Assembly (NCBI GenBank): GCA_046347045.1 | Contig: JAXMGX010000002.1 | Span: 136,124-200,123 of the forward strand | From: Steroidobacteraceae bacterium | Lineage (GTDB): Bacteria > Pseudomonadota > Gammaproteobacteria > Steroidobacterales > Steroidobacteraceae | Direction of reading: 5' to 3' | Length of the DNA stretch: 64,000 nucleotides | Part shown: in pieces, positions 48,096 through 57,342 of the stretch | How positions within the stretch are numbered: the first letter of the stretch is position 1 | How the letters are laid out: each line of letters begins with the position of its first letter | Program-made: the position numbers and the translations under genes | The notes under the pieces: generated by a model | Database searches by the model: none | What the model was told of the DNA's origin: nothing | Seen by the model: only the letters and a program-made list of their open reading frames with translations

Positions 48096-49529
48096 ATGGA
48101 AATGTCAGCCCCCCTGTATCTGCATGTCATTGCCGTGCTCGCCTGCTCGCTGCACATCCTGCTGCGTCGGCACCGCCAGCCCGAGGCGCGCGCGGCGTGG
48201 TTGTTGCTCTTGTTCGCGTTGCCGTTTGCGGGGACGGCGGCCTATCTCCTGTTTGGCACGACCAATATCGGGAGAAGGCGGATCGCCAGATTCCACGAGG
48301 TTACTGCTGCCCTTCCCGACCCTGCGGGGTTCTCTCCCGGAGTGTCGCGTGAACGACTCGATGGCAGCATGGAGCTGTTCGAGATCGGCCGCAGCATCAG
48401 CGGCTATCCGCAGACCGATGGCAACCAGGCCGAGCTGATGACCGATTCCGACACCGCGATCCAGCGACTGGTTGAAGACATCGATGACGCCACGCAATCC
48501 GTTCACCTGCTCTTCTACATCTGGCTGGACGATGGCAATGGACGCAAGGTCGCCGACGCACTCATGCGCGCCGCCGCGCGCGGTGTGGCGTGCCGGGCCC
48601 TGGTGGACGACATCGGCTCGCGTGCACTCATCCGTGCCCCGCTATGGCAGGCGCTGGTTCGTTCTGGCGTCCAGATGCGCCGCGCACTGGCTGTCGGCAA
48701 TCCATTGCTGCGCCCCTTCAACGGCCGGATTGACCTGCGAGATCATCGCAAGATTGCCGTTGTAGACAATCGCCTTGCCTATTGCGGCAGCCAGAACTGC
48801 GCCGATCCGCAGTTCCTTCCGAAGGCGCGCTTCGGCCCCTGGGTCGATGTCCTGCTGCGGTTTGAAGGTCCCGTGGTGCGTCAGAACCAGCACCTGTTCG
48901 CCTCGGCGTGGATGGCAAACGGTGGAGACGACATCGCGATGCTGCTTGATGCGCCAGCGGCAGCAGACAGCGCGAAGAGCGGATTCGTGGCCCAGGTCAT
49001 CGCCGCCGGCCCGATCTATCAAAGCGGTGCAATGCCGGAAATGTTTGCCTCGCTGATCTATGCGGCACGCAGCGATCTGGTGATCACCACGCCGTACTAC
49101 GTGCCGACGGAAGGCCTGCAGACAGCCCTGCGAGCCGCGGCGCAGCGCGGTGTCGATACGACGATCATCTTTCCGGCGCGCAACGACAATTTTGCAGTCG
49201 GGGCGATTTGCCGGGGTCAGTACGAAGGCCTGCTGAACGCAGGCGTCAAGGTCTTCGAGTTCAAGCCAGGCTTGCTCCACGCCAAGACACTGACGGTCGA
49301 TGGCAGTATTGCGCTGATCGGATCCGCAAACATGGATCGGCGGAGCTTCGATCTGAACTTCGAGAACAACATTCTGCTTTACGATTCAGGAATGGTTGCG
49401 CAGATCCGGGAGCGGCAGGCCAGCTTTCTTGGCAAGAGCGATCGCATCGAGCTCGCCCATGTCGCATCGTGGGGCATCCTGAAGAGGTTGCGGGACAACC
49501 TCCTGTCGATGCTTGCGCCCATCCTGTAA
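48096..49529 (+). CDS. cls: cardiolipin synthase
   Basis: Two N-terminal TM helices and two PLD HKD motifs (DHRKIAVVDN and LHAKTLTVDG...GSANMD). Confidence 0.92.
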   Translation: MEMSAPLYLHVIAVLACSLHILLRRHRQPEARAAWLLLLFALPFAGTAAYLLFGTTNIGRRRIARFHEVTAALPDPAGFSPGVSRERLDGSMELFEIGRSISGYPQTDGNQAELMTDSDTAIQRLVEDIDDATQSVHLLFYIWLDDGNGRKVADALMRAAARGVACRALVDDIGSRALIRAPLWQALVRSGVQMRRALAVGNPLLRPFNGRIDLRDHRKIAVVDNRLAYCGSQNCADPQFLPKARFGPWVDVLLRFEGPVVRQNQHLFASAWMANGGDDIAMLLDAPAAADSAKSGFVAQVIAAGPIYQSGAMPEMFASLIYAARSDLVITTPYYVPTEGLQTALRAAAQRGVDTTIIFPARNDNFAVGAICRGQYEGLLNAGVKVFEFKPGLLHAKTLTVDGSIALIGSANMDRRSFDLNFENNILLYDSGMVAQIRERQASFLGKSDRIELAHVASWGILKRLRDNLLSMLAPIL

Positions 49530-49616
49530 CTCCGCCATGCGGCTGGCACGACAGGCCGATGCGCGGCAGACAGGCTCCAGAGCCAGGCCGCACCGGCTCG
49601 ACGGCGCGCTCCAGGC

Positions 49617-50468
49617 CTAGGCGGCCGGCTGGCAGCTTGCCAGCCATTCGCGCGGCGACACGCCCGACTCGCGCCGAAACGCGCGAGACAGCGATGCTGC
49701 CCCCGCATAACCCAGTCTGTCGGCCAGTGATTTCACGGGCTCACCGGCGCGCAGCCCGGCCATGGCGACGGTCAGTCGGAAGCTCGACAGGTAGGCAGCG
49801 GGCGTGACGCCCGTGATCGCCCGGAACGTGGCCGCAAACGCACTGCGCGACATGCCGGCGCACTGCGCCAGATCAGGCAGGGACCAGTTGCGCGCTGGCG
49901 CACGGTGAATCGCCACCAGTGCGCGCGCCAGGCGCCGGTCGGCGAGGCCCGCAAGCATGCCCGTGGTCACACCGACCGTGTGCGGCTGATCGATGATGAA
50001 GCGCAGCAGCTGGATCAGGATCACCTCGAAAAGGCGGTCCGCCAGCACCCGGGAGCCGCAGCGGGCATGGTCTGTCTCCGCGAACAACAGCTCGAGCGAT
50101 GGCCCCAATCCCGGCACCTGGGACAACGGTACGCAGACCAGCGCCGGCAGTGCCGCCACGAATGGATTCTCGCTGCCCCCGTCGAAATGCAGTGTCGCGC
50201 AGGTGAAGTCCGCTCCCTCGCGCGGCGCATTGACAATCGCATGCTTCACGGCCGCCGGATAGAGGAAGAGCGTCGGCTCGCTGATACGCTGCCGCACTGC
50301 CAGACCGCTACCGCTGGCATGACGCAGTTCGACGCTGCCGCGGCGCAGGACGTGAAGGAACGCGCGTCCCGGGTACGCCTCGAACTGCTGCGTGCCGCAC
50401 AGCCTCCCGGTGTGAAACAGCGAAGCCCTGACCCGGAACTTCTCCAGCAGCGCCGAAAGGCGGTCCAT
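49617..50468 (-). CDS. AraC-family regulator (N-terminal cupin + C-terminal HTH)
   Basis: MDRLSALLEKFRVRASLFHTG cupin-type N-domain. C-terminal LPDLAQCAGMSRSAFAATFRAITGVTPAAYL...LGYAGAASLSRAFRRESGVSPREW. The start is uncertain (in-frame ATG at 50537, ATG at 50528 and the ORF-track start at 50564 lie upstream). Confidence 0.8.
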   Translation of the reverse strand: MDRLSALLEKFRVRASLFHTGRLCGTQQFEAYPGRAFLHVLRRGSVELRHASGSGLAVRQRISEPTLFLYPAAVKHAIVNAPREGADFTCATLHFDGGSENPFVAALPALVCVPLSQVPGLGPSLELLFAETDHARCGSRVLADRLFEVILIQLLRFIIDQPHTVGVTTGMLAGLADRRLARALVAIHRAPARNWSLPDLAQCAGMSRSAFAATFRAITGVTPAAYLSSFRLTVAMAGLRAGEPVKSLADRLGYAGAASLSRAFRRESGVSPREWLASCQPAA

Positions 50469-50611
50469 GGGCTCGGGCGCCTCGCCCGAGATCTTCGTGG
50501 ACGATGAGACAACTTTTCTGGACTTCATGTATCCCATGATCCGTCCACGTGCGGCAGGATGCAACTCACGCGCTGCATAGAGAGCGCCTCACTGCCGGAA
50601 CCGGAGGACCC

Positions 50612-51283
50612 ATGACAATGAACCGCCCCCTTCCCACCCTGCTGGGCGTGACGGCCCTGGCCATCGCACAGGCTGCAGGCGCCGCGGCCGACCCTGCGCA
50701 CTCGGCGCCAGGCTACGCCTATGGGCAGCACACGCTTGCCAGGGCGCCCTATACCCTCGAGGACCTCAAGTCACTTGAGAAGACGCTGCTGTTCACCGAC
50801 GACGATGTGAAGGCGCTGCGCGAGAGCCGTGCCATCCTTGCTGACCAGACCGATGCAATTCTCGATGTCTGGTATGGATTCGTGGCCTCCACGCCCGAGC
50901 TGCTCCACTACTTCTCCGACGCAAAGACCGGCAAGGCGGACGCAGCCTATCTTGCGGCCGTGCGCAAGCGATTCGCACTGTGGATCCTCGACACGGCGGA
51001 TGCGAACTACGACCAGCGCTGGCTCGACTGGCAGTACGAGATCGGTCTGCGTCACAACCGTCTGCGCAAGAACCAGACGGATCACGCGGCCAGCGTCCCG
51101 CAGGTGAACTTCCGCTACCTGCCGGCGCTCACCATTCCCGTGACCACCACGCTGCGACCCTTTCTGGCGAAGAAGGGCGCCGCCGCCCGCGACGTAGACC
51201 GCATGCACGCCGCCTGGGTCAAGGCCGTACTGCTGCAGACCATTCTCTGGAGTCAACCTTACATTCGCGACGGGCAGTTCTGA
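50612..51283 (+). CDS. protoglobin (single-domain haem globin) with hydrophobic N-terminal extension
   Basis: GGAGGA SD 3 nt before the ATG at 50612. Collinear, from memory, with Methanosarcina protoglobin (PGY.YG, ILDVWYGFV, YLAAVRKRF..WILDT, WLDWQYEIGLRH, KNQTD, LWSQPY). Preceded by MTMNRPLPTLLGVTALAIAQAAGAAA. Confidence 0.85.
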   Translation: MTMNRPLPTLLGVTALAIAQAAGAAADPAHSAPGYAYGQHTLARAPYTLEDLKSLEKTLLFTDDDVKALRESRAILADQTDAILDVWYGFVASTPELLHYFSDAKTGKADAAYLAAVRKRFALWILDTADANYDQRWLDWQYEIGLRHNRLRKNQTDHAASVPQVNFRYLPALTIPVTTTLRPFLAKKGAAARDVDRMHAAWVKAVLLQTILWSQPYIRDGQF

Positions 51284-51418
51284 CCGCGATCCGGCGGGAC
51301 CGCGCCTCGCCGAACAGCGCGGCGCGGCGCCTGTCCATGCCAGCGGCCGGCCAGCACCGCATTTGTATCGTCGCGCCCGAGATGTATGCTGCTTGGACTG
51401 CGCTGGACGGGAGGGGCG

Positions 51419-52870
51419 ATGGCGTTGACTGCTGCATCCAATCGCCCGCTGCCATGGCTGGTCGCGATTGCATTCCTGATGCAATCGCTCGATACCACCG
51501 TCCTGAATACGGCGGTTCCGTCCATCGCACACGACCTGGGCGTGTCGCAGCTGCAACTGAAATCGGTGCTGGCAAGCTATGCGTTGAGTCTTGCCGTCTT
51601 TGTTCCGGCCAGTGGCTGGGTGGCGGATCGATTCGGCACGCGACGCGTCTTTGCAGCGGCCATCGTGCTGTTCACGATCGGATCGGTGCTTTGTGGGTTC
51701 TCGCGGACGATTCCCGAGCTGGTGGCCTATCGGCTGCTGCAGGGCGTGGGCGGCGCCATGATGGTCCCGGTCGGACGGTTGACCATGGTTCGCAGCTTCC
51801 CCAAGACCGAGCTGGTCCGGGCAATGAGCTTTCTGGCCATACCTTCGATGATCGGGCCGCTGATCGGGCCAACCCTGGGCGGGTTCATAGTCAGCGTCAC
51901 CTCCTGGGACTACATCTTCTTCATCAATGTCCCGGTCGGCCTCATCGGGCTGGTCATGGTCTATTTCTGGATGCCGGACTATCGCAATGCCAGCGTGCCG
52001 CGGTTCGACCTGCTCGGGCTGGTCTATTTCGGTGGCGGCATTTCACTGCTGTCGTGGGTGCTCGAGATCTTCGGGGACCACAGTGCCGGCACTACGGTGC
52101 TGGCCGTGGCCACCACCCTTTCCCTGGTGCTGCTCGCGGTCTATGCGCTGCATTCCCGCAAGTCGGCGAATCCGCTGCTGGATGTCACGCTGCTCAGGAT
52201 CCGCACCTTCGCGACGTCGGTGCTGGGCGGGTTCGTCACCCGGCTGGGGGTCGGCGGGGCGCCCTTTCTGCTGCCCCTGCTTTATCAGACCGGCCTGGGA
52301 TTCTCGCCCGTGCAATCCGGAATGCTGATCATGCCCCAGGCCATTGGCACGCTGGGAAGCAATATCTTCGTCCGGTACGGATTGGCGGCCTTCGGCTACC
52401 GGACTCTGCTGCTGGGAAATACCGTGCTGCTGGGCGTGATGCTGATCCTGTTCGGCAGCATCGGCCCCACCACTCCCGTGTGGCAGATCTGCGTGCAAGG
52501 CGCGATCTACGGCGTCCTGATGTCCACGCAGTTCACGGCGATGAATACCCTGACCTTCGCCGACATCCCGGACGCAAAATCCAGCAATGCGAGTTCACTG
52601 TCAGGCATGTTCCAGCAACTGTCGATGAGCTTCGGGATTGCCGCGGCCGGACTTGTCACCGCGAGCATCGGCGTCACCGCCGCAGATGAACAGGCAGACA
52701 TGGTCGCCAGGGTTCACCACGGCTTCTGGTTTCTGGGCGCAGTGACCATCATATCGGCGAGCATCTTTGCACTGTTGCGCCGCTCCGATGGCGAAAGCGT
52801 CAGCGGTCACAAGGAAGCTCTGGCGATCGCACAACCACCCGCGACCACCCACGCCGGGACGGCAAGCTGA
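51419..52870 (+). CDS. MFS transporter, DHA2 (EmrB/QacA, 14-TM) family
   Basis: LDTTVLNTAVPSIAHDLG motif and GWVADRFGTRRVF loop. About 483 aa with 14 hydrophobic segments. Confidence 0.88.
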   Translation: MALTAASNRPLPWLVAIAFLMQSLDTTVLNTAVPSIAHDLGVSQLQLKSVLASYALSLAVFVPASGWVADRFGTRRVFAAAIVLFTIGSVLCGFSRTIPELVAYRLLQGVGGAMMVPVGRLTMVRSFPKTELVRAMSFLAIPSMIGPLIGPTLGGFIVSVTSWDYIFFINVPVGLIGLVMVYFWMPDYRNASVPRFDLLGLVYFGGGISLLSWVLEIFGDHSAGTTVLAVATTLSLVLLAVYALHSRKSANPLLDVTLLRIRTFATSVLGGFVTRLGVGGAPFLLPLLYQTGLGFSPVQSGMLIMPQAIGTLGSNIFVRYGLAAFGYRTLLLGNTVLLGVMLILFGSIGPTTPVWQICVQGAIYGVLMSTQFTAMNTLTFADIPDAKSSNASSLSGMFQQLSMSFGIAAAGLVTASIGVTAADEQADMVARVHHGFWFLGAVTIISASIFALLRRSDGESVSGHKEALAIAQPPATTHAGTAS

Positions 52871-52993
52871 GCGCCCGATGAAGTTGCACGGGTTACCAAT
52901 TCTTCACGCGCCCATTTCTTCATGCTCCCCTGCGTTGCGCTGCTATTCTTGCCAGCGCGGGCAGGAGCCGAATCAACCCAAAGGGAGGGCTTC

Positions 52994-53725
52994 ATGACCG
53001 AGCGCACCACCAAATCAGTACAGCCCGGATCGACCGAAAGCGATCCTTCGATGTCCATCGAAGTGCAGAAGGACGGTCCGTATATTGTCCACGGCAGCCC
53101 TCCGCTGCACCTGCAGTTCATCGAAACGAATGCCGCCGGTCACTCCTGGTCATACAAGGAAGGCCGCGCCTTCGAGGTCAAGGAAAAGACGGCGCTTTGC
53201 CGCTGCGGACAGTCGCGGAACAAGCCGTACTGTGACGGAACCCATGCGAAGGTACCCGTCGATCTCACCGAAACCGCTTCGTTCGAGCCCATGCTGAACG
53301 ACGCACAGGAGATCGACGGCCCGACGCATTCCCTCACCGACAACGAGCGCTACTGTGCATATGGCCGGTTCTGCGACAACGGCGAACGCATCTGGAACGA
53401 AGTCCAGATGCCCGGCGAAGAACACACCAGGCTTGCCACCTACATGGCGCATCAGTGCCCGTCCGGGCGGCTTCTGATCTGGGATCGCCGCACGGGCGAA
53501 CCGGTCGAACAGGCGCTCAAGCCCAGCCTGTCCCTGATCGAGGACCCGGCGCTCGGTGTCAGCGGTCCGCTGCTGGTTCGTGGTGGCATTCGCGTTCAGA
53601 GTGCCAGCGGCGAAAGCTACGAGATCCGCAACCGCCAGACCTTGTGCCGCTGCGGAGCCTCGTCGAACAAGCCGTTCTGCGACGGCTCGCATGCATCGAT
53701 GAAGTTCCACGACGGGCTGAAGTGA
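52994..53725 (+). CDS. CDGSH iron-sulfur domain protein (two CDGSH motifs)
   Basis: AAGGGAGGG SD. CRCGQSRNKPYCDGTH and CRCGASSNKPFCDGSH motifs, plus a central Cys-containing region (CAYGRFCDNG...QCPSG). Confidence 0.85.
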   Translation: MTERTTKSVQPGSTESDPSMSIEVQKDGPYIVHGSPPLHLQFIETNAAGHSWSYKEGRAFEVKEKTALCRCGQSRNKPYCDGTHAKVPVDLTETASFEPMLNDAQEIDGPTHSLTDNERYCAYGRFCDNGERIWNEVQMPGEEHTRLATYMAHQCPSGRLLIWDRRTGEPVEQALKPSLSLIEDPALGVSGPLLVRGGIRVQSASGESYEIRNRQTLCRCGASSNKPFCDGSHASMKFHDGLK

Positions 53726-53863
53726 CCGAATAAGGCCAGAACCACTGCGCCAGCCGCGCACATCGCTGCGCGGCTGGGCATCCAGGAGCCGCCTTATTTC
53801 ACGCGCTTCTTCCGCCGCCAGAACGGTGCCACGCCGGGCGAATACCGCCAGCCGCAGATCTGA
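53726..53863 (+). pseudogene. 3'-terminal remnant of an AraC-family regulator gene (last ~35-45 codons only)
   Basis: The frame reads ...HIAARLGIQEPPYFTRFFRRQNGATPGEYRQPQI* (second AraC HTH signature). There is no ATG/GTG/TTG start in frame after the preceding stop at 53723-53725. Confidence 0.7.
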
Positions 53864-53887
53864 CGCCACGCGCCATTCAAATCAGCC

Positions 53888-55996
53888 TCATTTGCCGTGT
53901 GTGATGTCCTTGATCACATACGACGATACGTCGGCGATATTCTGCGAGGTCAGCTCATACCTGAACGGTGGCATGGTCTTGCCGCCGTTGGTGACGTGGT
54001 TCAGCACGGTGGCGGATACCTTCGCGGACGGGATGGTGGTCAGATTGGGACCGCCATTGCCGCCGGTGCCCTGCGCGCCATGACAGACCGAGCAGTTCTG
54101 CGCAAAAATGCCCTTGCCGGTCGCGGGATTGCCAACCAGCTTGGTTACGGGCGCGGGCGCCTGCGGCTTTTCGCCCGCATGGAGGATGGCGTGCCCACCT
54201 TTGCCCGCCGCCACCTCGCCCAGCTTGCCGTCCAGCGAGAACAGCCAGAAATTGTCGCCGTGCGCCGTGGCGGCCAGTGCATTGCCGCCGGCGTAGAACG
54301 CCACAAACTGCTTGCCCTTGTGCTGGAACACGGTGGCCACGCTGTTGGCGCCTGCGCCGGTCTGGAACTTCCACAGGTCCTTGCCGGTTGTGGCTTCGTA
54401 GGCGTGCAGCTCACCCGAGTTGGTGCCGACGAAGACCAGATTGCCGGCGGTGACAACCGAGCCTGAGTAGCAGGACGTCGGGTAACGCTTGGTCCAGGCC
54501 ACCTTTCCGGTGACGATGTTGAACGCCACGAAGTAGCCCGCGCTGTGAAAGCCGTTGCCGATGGCTCCGGTGGACCCGGTGTCGATGCTGACCACCCCAC
54601 CCGGCGCCGGCTGCGGGCGCTCCTGGGTTTCGGAGGTCAGGCCTGCCACGCTGTCCTGACCGCAAACAAAGAAGAGATTGTTGTTCGGGTCATAGCTGGA
54701 CGGCGGCCAGTTGGTACCCCCGGCAGGGCCCGGTGCCACCACGACCAGATCCTTCCAGAATGGCGTAAAGATGTCCTTCGAGACGATGGCCTTTTCAACG
54801 CCAACGACCTGCTTGACCCGATCGGCCTCCTCGGGCGTCGGCATATGCGTAGCGAAGTGCGGCAGCGAGGGAATGGGCTGCGTTGCAGAGGTTTTCTGGT
54901 TTGCGTCCTGCGGCACCGGCGTTTCGACGATCGGGTAGATCGGTTTGCCGTTGGTGCGATCGAGCAGATAGAGCCAACCGGTCTTGGCGGCTTCACCGAT
55001 GCCCTTCACGGGCTTGCCATTGAGGGTGGCGTCGAACAGCACCGTCGGACTGGGTGCGTCGTAATCCCAGATATCATGGTGCACCAACTGGTAGTGCCAG
55101 CGGTACTTGCCGGTCTTCAGGTCCAGCGCGACGATCGATGAGGCGTACAGGTTGTCGCCCTCGCGCTTGGAGCCGTCAAAGTCGGGCCCGGCGTTGCCGG
55201 TCGAAAAATAGAGCAGCCCGAGTTCGGGATCGACCGAGGGCGTCTGCCACACGGGCGCGCCGCCGTGCATCCACGCCTCACCGGTCTGGGGCCAGGTTTC
55301 GTGGCCCGGCTCGCCCGGGCCGGGAATGGTGTAGAAGCGCCAGATCTCCTTGCCGGACTTCGCGTCATAGGCCATCACGCGGCCGCGGGTGCCGTATTCG
55401 CCGCCGGCCGTGCCGATGATGATCCTGCCGTCCACATAAAGCGGCGCCGCGGTCAGGGAGTAACCCTGCTGCCATTCCACCACCTGGGTGGTCCAGACCC
55501 TCTTGCCCGTCTTCTGATCAAGGGCCACCAGCTTGCCGTCGAGCTGCCCTATGTAGACCTTGCCCTCTCCCAGCGCCACGCCGCGGCTGAGCCAACCACA
55601 GCAGACCGTCGAAATCGCGTTGTCGAGGCCGGCCTGGTATTTCCAGAGGATCTTCCCGGAGTCCACGCTGACCGCAAACACGTCGTCCGCACCGGTAGGA
55701 ACATAGAGAACGCCATCGTAGGCAAGCGGCTGCGATTCGGCCGAGTACTTGTTGGCGACGCCCGAGCCACCGAGGTGCGTCAGCCACACGCCTTTGAGCT
55801 GGTTGACGTTGCTGGCGTTGATATCCTTCAGCGGCGAATAGCGCTGGTTCTTCAGCGAACCGCCGTTGGTGATCCAGTTGTCGTGCGGCGCCTGGTTCAA
55901 CTGCTGGATCGAGAATGCCGGCGCAGGCACGATGGCGCTCTGGTTCGAGCCCGATTCGGCCGACCAGCATGCTGCTGGCGTAAGCTTCCCCGCCAC
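53888..55996 (-). CDS. PQQ-dependent quinohemoprotein alcohol dehydrogenase, 5' end replaced by IS sequence (signal peptide lost; probably non-functional)
   Basis: Eight-bladed PQQ propeller repeats and a C-terminal cytochrome c domain with CSVCH. The first 6 codons (GTG..ACG, 55996-55979) lie inside the IS3 left inverted repeat. Native sequence starts at ...PAACWSAESG. Confidence 0.85.
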   Translation of the reverse strand: MAGKLTPAACWSAESGSNQSAIVPAPAFSIQQLNQAPHDNWITNGGSLKNQRYSPLKDINASNVNQLKGVWLTHLGGSGVANKYSAESQPLAYDGVLYVPTGADDVFAVSVDSGKILWKYQAGLDNAISTVCCGWLSRGVALGEGKVYIGQLDGKLVALDQKTGKRVWTTQVVEWQQGYSLTAAPLYVDGRIIIGTAGGEYGTRGRVMAYDAKSGKEIWRFYTIPGPGEPGHETWPQTGEAWMHGGAPVWQTPSVDPELGLLYFSTGNAGPDFDGSKREGDNLYASSIVALDLKTGKYRWHYQLVHHDIWDYDAPSPTVLFDATLNGKPVKGIGEAAKTGWLYLLDRTNGKPIYPIVETPVPQDANQKTSATQPIPSLPHFATHMPTPEEADRVKQVVGVEKAIVSKDIFTPFWKDLVVVAPGPAGGTNWPPSSYDPNNNLFFVCGQDSVAGLTSETQERPQPAPGGVVSIDTGSTGAIGNGFHSAGYFVAFNIVTGKVAWTKRYPTSCYSGSVVTAGNLVFVGTNSGELHAYEATTGKDLWKFQTGAGANSVATVFQHKGKQFVAFYAGGNALAATAHGDNFWLFSLDGKLGEVAAGKGGHAILHAGEKPQAPAPVTKLVGNPATGKGIFAQNCSVCHGAQGTGGNGGPNLTTIPSAKVSATVLNHVTNGGKTMPPFRYELTSQNIADVSSYVIKDITHGK

Positions 55997-56027
55997 GTGG
56001 ACAGGTCATAGCTAGAGCTTTCTGGCA
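55979..56027. repeat. IS3-family left terminal inverted repeat
   Basis: CGTAAGCTTCCCCGCCACGTGGACAGGTCATAGCTAGAGCTTTCTGGC aligns to the reverse complement of 57130-57176 (14/14 identical at the tip, then GACAG, CTAGAG, TTTCTGGC blocks). Confidence 0.8.
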
Positions 56028-56050
56028 TGTTAATGCCCAGGAGGCTTGAG

Positions 56051-56317
56051 ATGAAGAAGTCGAAGTTCACCGAGACCCAGATTGTTGCGATCCTGAAGAT
56101 GGCCGATGCCGGGATGCCGGTGAAGGAGGTCTGCCGCAAGGCCGGGATCAGCGAGCCGACCTACTACGTCTGGAAGAGCAAGTACGGCGGCATGGAGGCC
56201 TCGGACCTGAAGCGTACCAAGGAGCTGGAGGCGGAGCTGTCCAAGCTCAAGCGCATGTATGCGGACTTGGCCATGGAGAACCATGCGATGAAGGACCTGA
56301 TCGCAAAAAAACTCTAG
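56051..56317 (+). CDS. IS3-family transposase OrfA (HTH)
   Basis: MKKSKFTETQIVAILKMADAGMPVKEVCRKAGISEPTYYVWKSKYGGME... is a typical IS3/IS407 OrfA with a leucine-zipper tail. Confidence 0.92.
   Translation: MKKSKFTETQIVAILKMADAGMPVKEVCRKAGISEPTYYVWKSKYGGMEASDLKRTKELEAELSKLKRMYADLAMENHAMKDLIAKKL
56305..56311 (+). promoter_or_regulatory. programmed -1 ribosomal frameshift slippery run (A7) joining orfA to orfB
   Basis: GCAAAAAAAC lies 4 nt before the orfA stop. orfB is in the -1 frame relative to orfA. Confidence 0.7.
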
Positions 56318-56367
56318 GGCCGGCCGCCAAGCGACAGGCGGTCGGCCACCTGGTCCAGACCCACCAC

Positions 56368-57162
56368 ATGTCGGTTGCCAAAGCCTGCAGCTGTGTCCGG
56401 CTGTCGCGCTCGGCGTACTACCGGCCACCTGACCACTGGACGGTGCGCGACGCTGAGGTCATCGCTGGTCTTGCCAAACTGGTTGAAGGGCGGCCCAACC
56501 GAGGCTTCTGGAAGTGCCGCAAGTTGCTGCGCCGCCAAGGCCACGAGTGGAACCACAAGCGAATCTACCGTGTGTACAAGCTCATGAGGCTGCACCTGCG
56601 GCGTGCGGCGAAACGGCGCCTGCCAAAGCGCGAGCGGTTGCCGCTGTATGTCCCGAGGCTGCCAGACAGCGTGTGGTCGGCGGACTTCATGAGCGACGCG
56701 TTGCTCTGTGGTCGGCGTTACCGCCTGTTCAACGTGGCCGACGACTTCAACCGGGAGGCGCTGCACATCGAGGTCGACACGTCGATCAACTCGGATCGCC
56801 TGGTGCGGATCTTTGATCGCCTGCGCAAGAGTCGTGGGCTGCCACAGATCCTGAGGACCGACAACGGGCCTGAGTTCCTGGGAGAGGCGTTCACGCAGTG
56901 GGCGAGGAATGCCGGAATGGCGATCCAGTACATCCAGCCCGGCAAGCCGAACCAGAACGCCTACATCGAGCGGTTCAACCGCACCTTGCGCAACGAGCTC
57001 CTTGACCAGCATCTGTTCGTCCGCCTGGAAGACGTTCGTGAGGCCGCCTACTGGTGGATGCTCGAGTACAACGAGGAAAGACCCCATGACTCGCTCGGCG
57101 ACATGACGCCGGTCGAGTTCGCCCAAGTGGCCAGAAACTCTAGTTTAGAACTGTCGCCTTGA
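56368..57162 (+). CDS. IS3-family transposase OrfB (DDE integrase core; expressed as OrfAB fusion)
   Basis: WSADFMSD...RTDNGPEF...NAYIERFNRTLRNE DDE/rve motifs. The frame is open upstream back to the A7 run. Confidence 0.92.
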   Translation: MSVAKACSCVRLSRSAYYRPPDHWTVRDAEVIAGLAKLVEGRPNRGFWKCRKLLRRQGHEWNHKRIYRVYKLMRLHLRRAAKRRLPKRERLPLYVPRLPDSVWSADFMSDALLCGRRYRLFNVADDFNREALHIEVDTSINSDRLVRIFDRLRKSRGLPQILRTDNGPEFLGEAFTQWARNAGMAIQYIQPGKPNQNAYIERFNRTLRNELLDQHLFVRLEDVREAAYWWMLEYNEERPHDSLGDMTPVEFAQVARNSSLELSP

Positions 57163-57176
57163 CGGGGAAGCTTACG
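57130..57176. repeat. IS3-family right terminal inverted repeat
   Basis: The reverse complement CGTAAGCTTCCCCGTCAAGGCGACAGTTCTAAACTAGAGTTTCTGGC matches the left end. Confidence 0.8.
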
Positions 57177-57342
57177 GCTTCGAGCGACTCGAGCTAGCTT
57201 TCCCGAAGTTGACACCCCTCGAAGCCGCACCGGCAATCGCAGATGATCAGATAAAGCTGAGGAAGGCGCGCAAGACCTAGTTGCGATCACGCCCTCGCAT
57301 TACCCCTACGAGGCGCTTAGCTAGGTACGACTGGATCGACAG

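Larger units (their letters stand above)
55979..57176 (+). mobile_element. IS3-family (IS407-group-like) insertion sequence, about 1.2 kb
   Basis: Imperfect ~48-bp terminal inverted repeats, orfA/orfB in 0/-1 frames with an A7 slippery run. No matching short direct repeats at the flanks. Confidence 0.88.
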
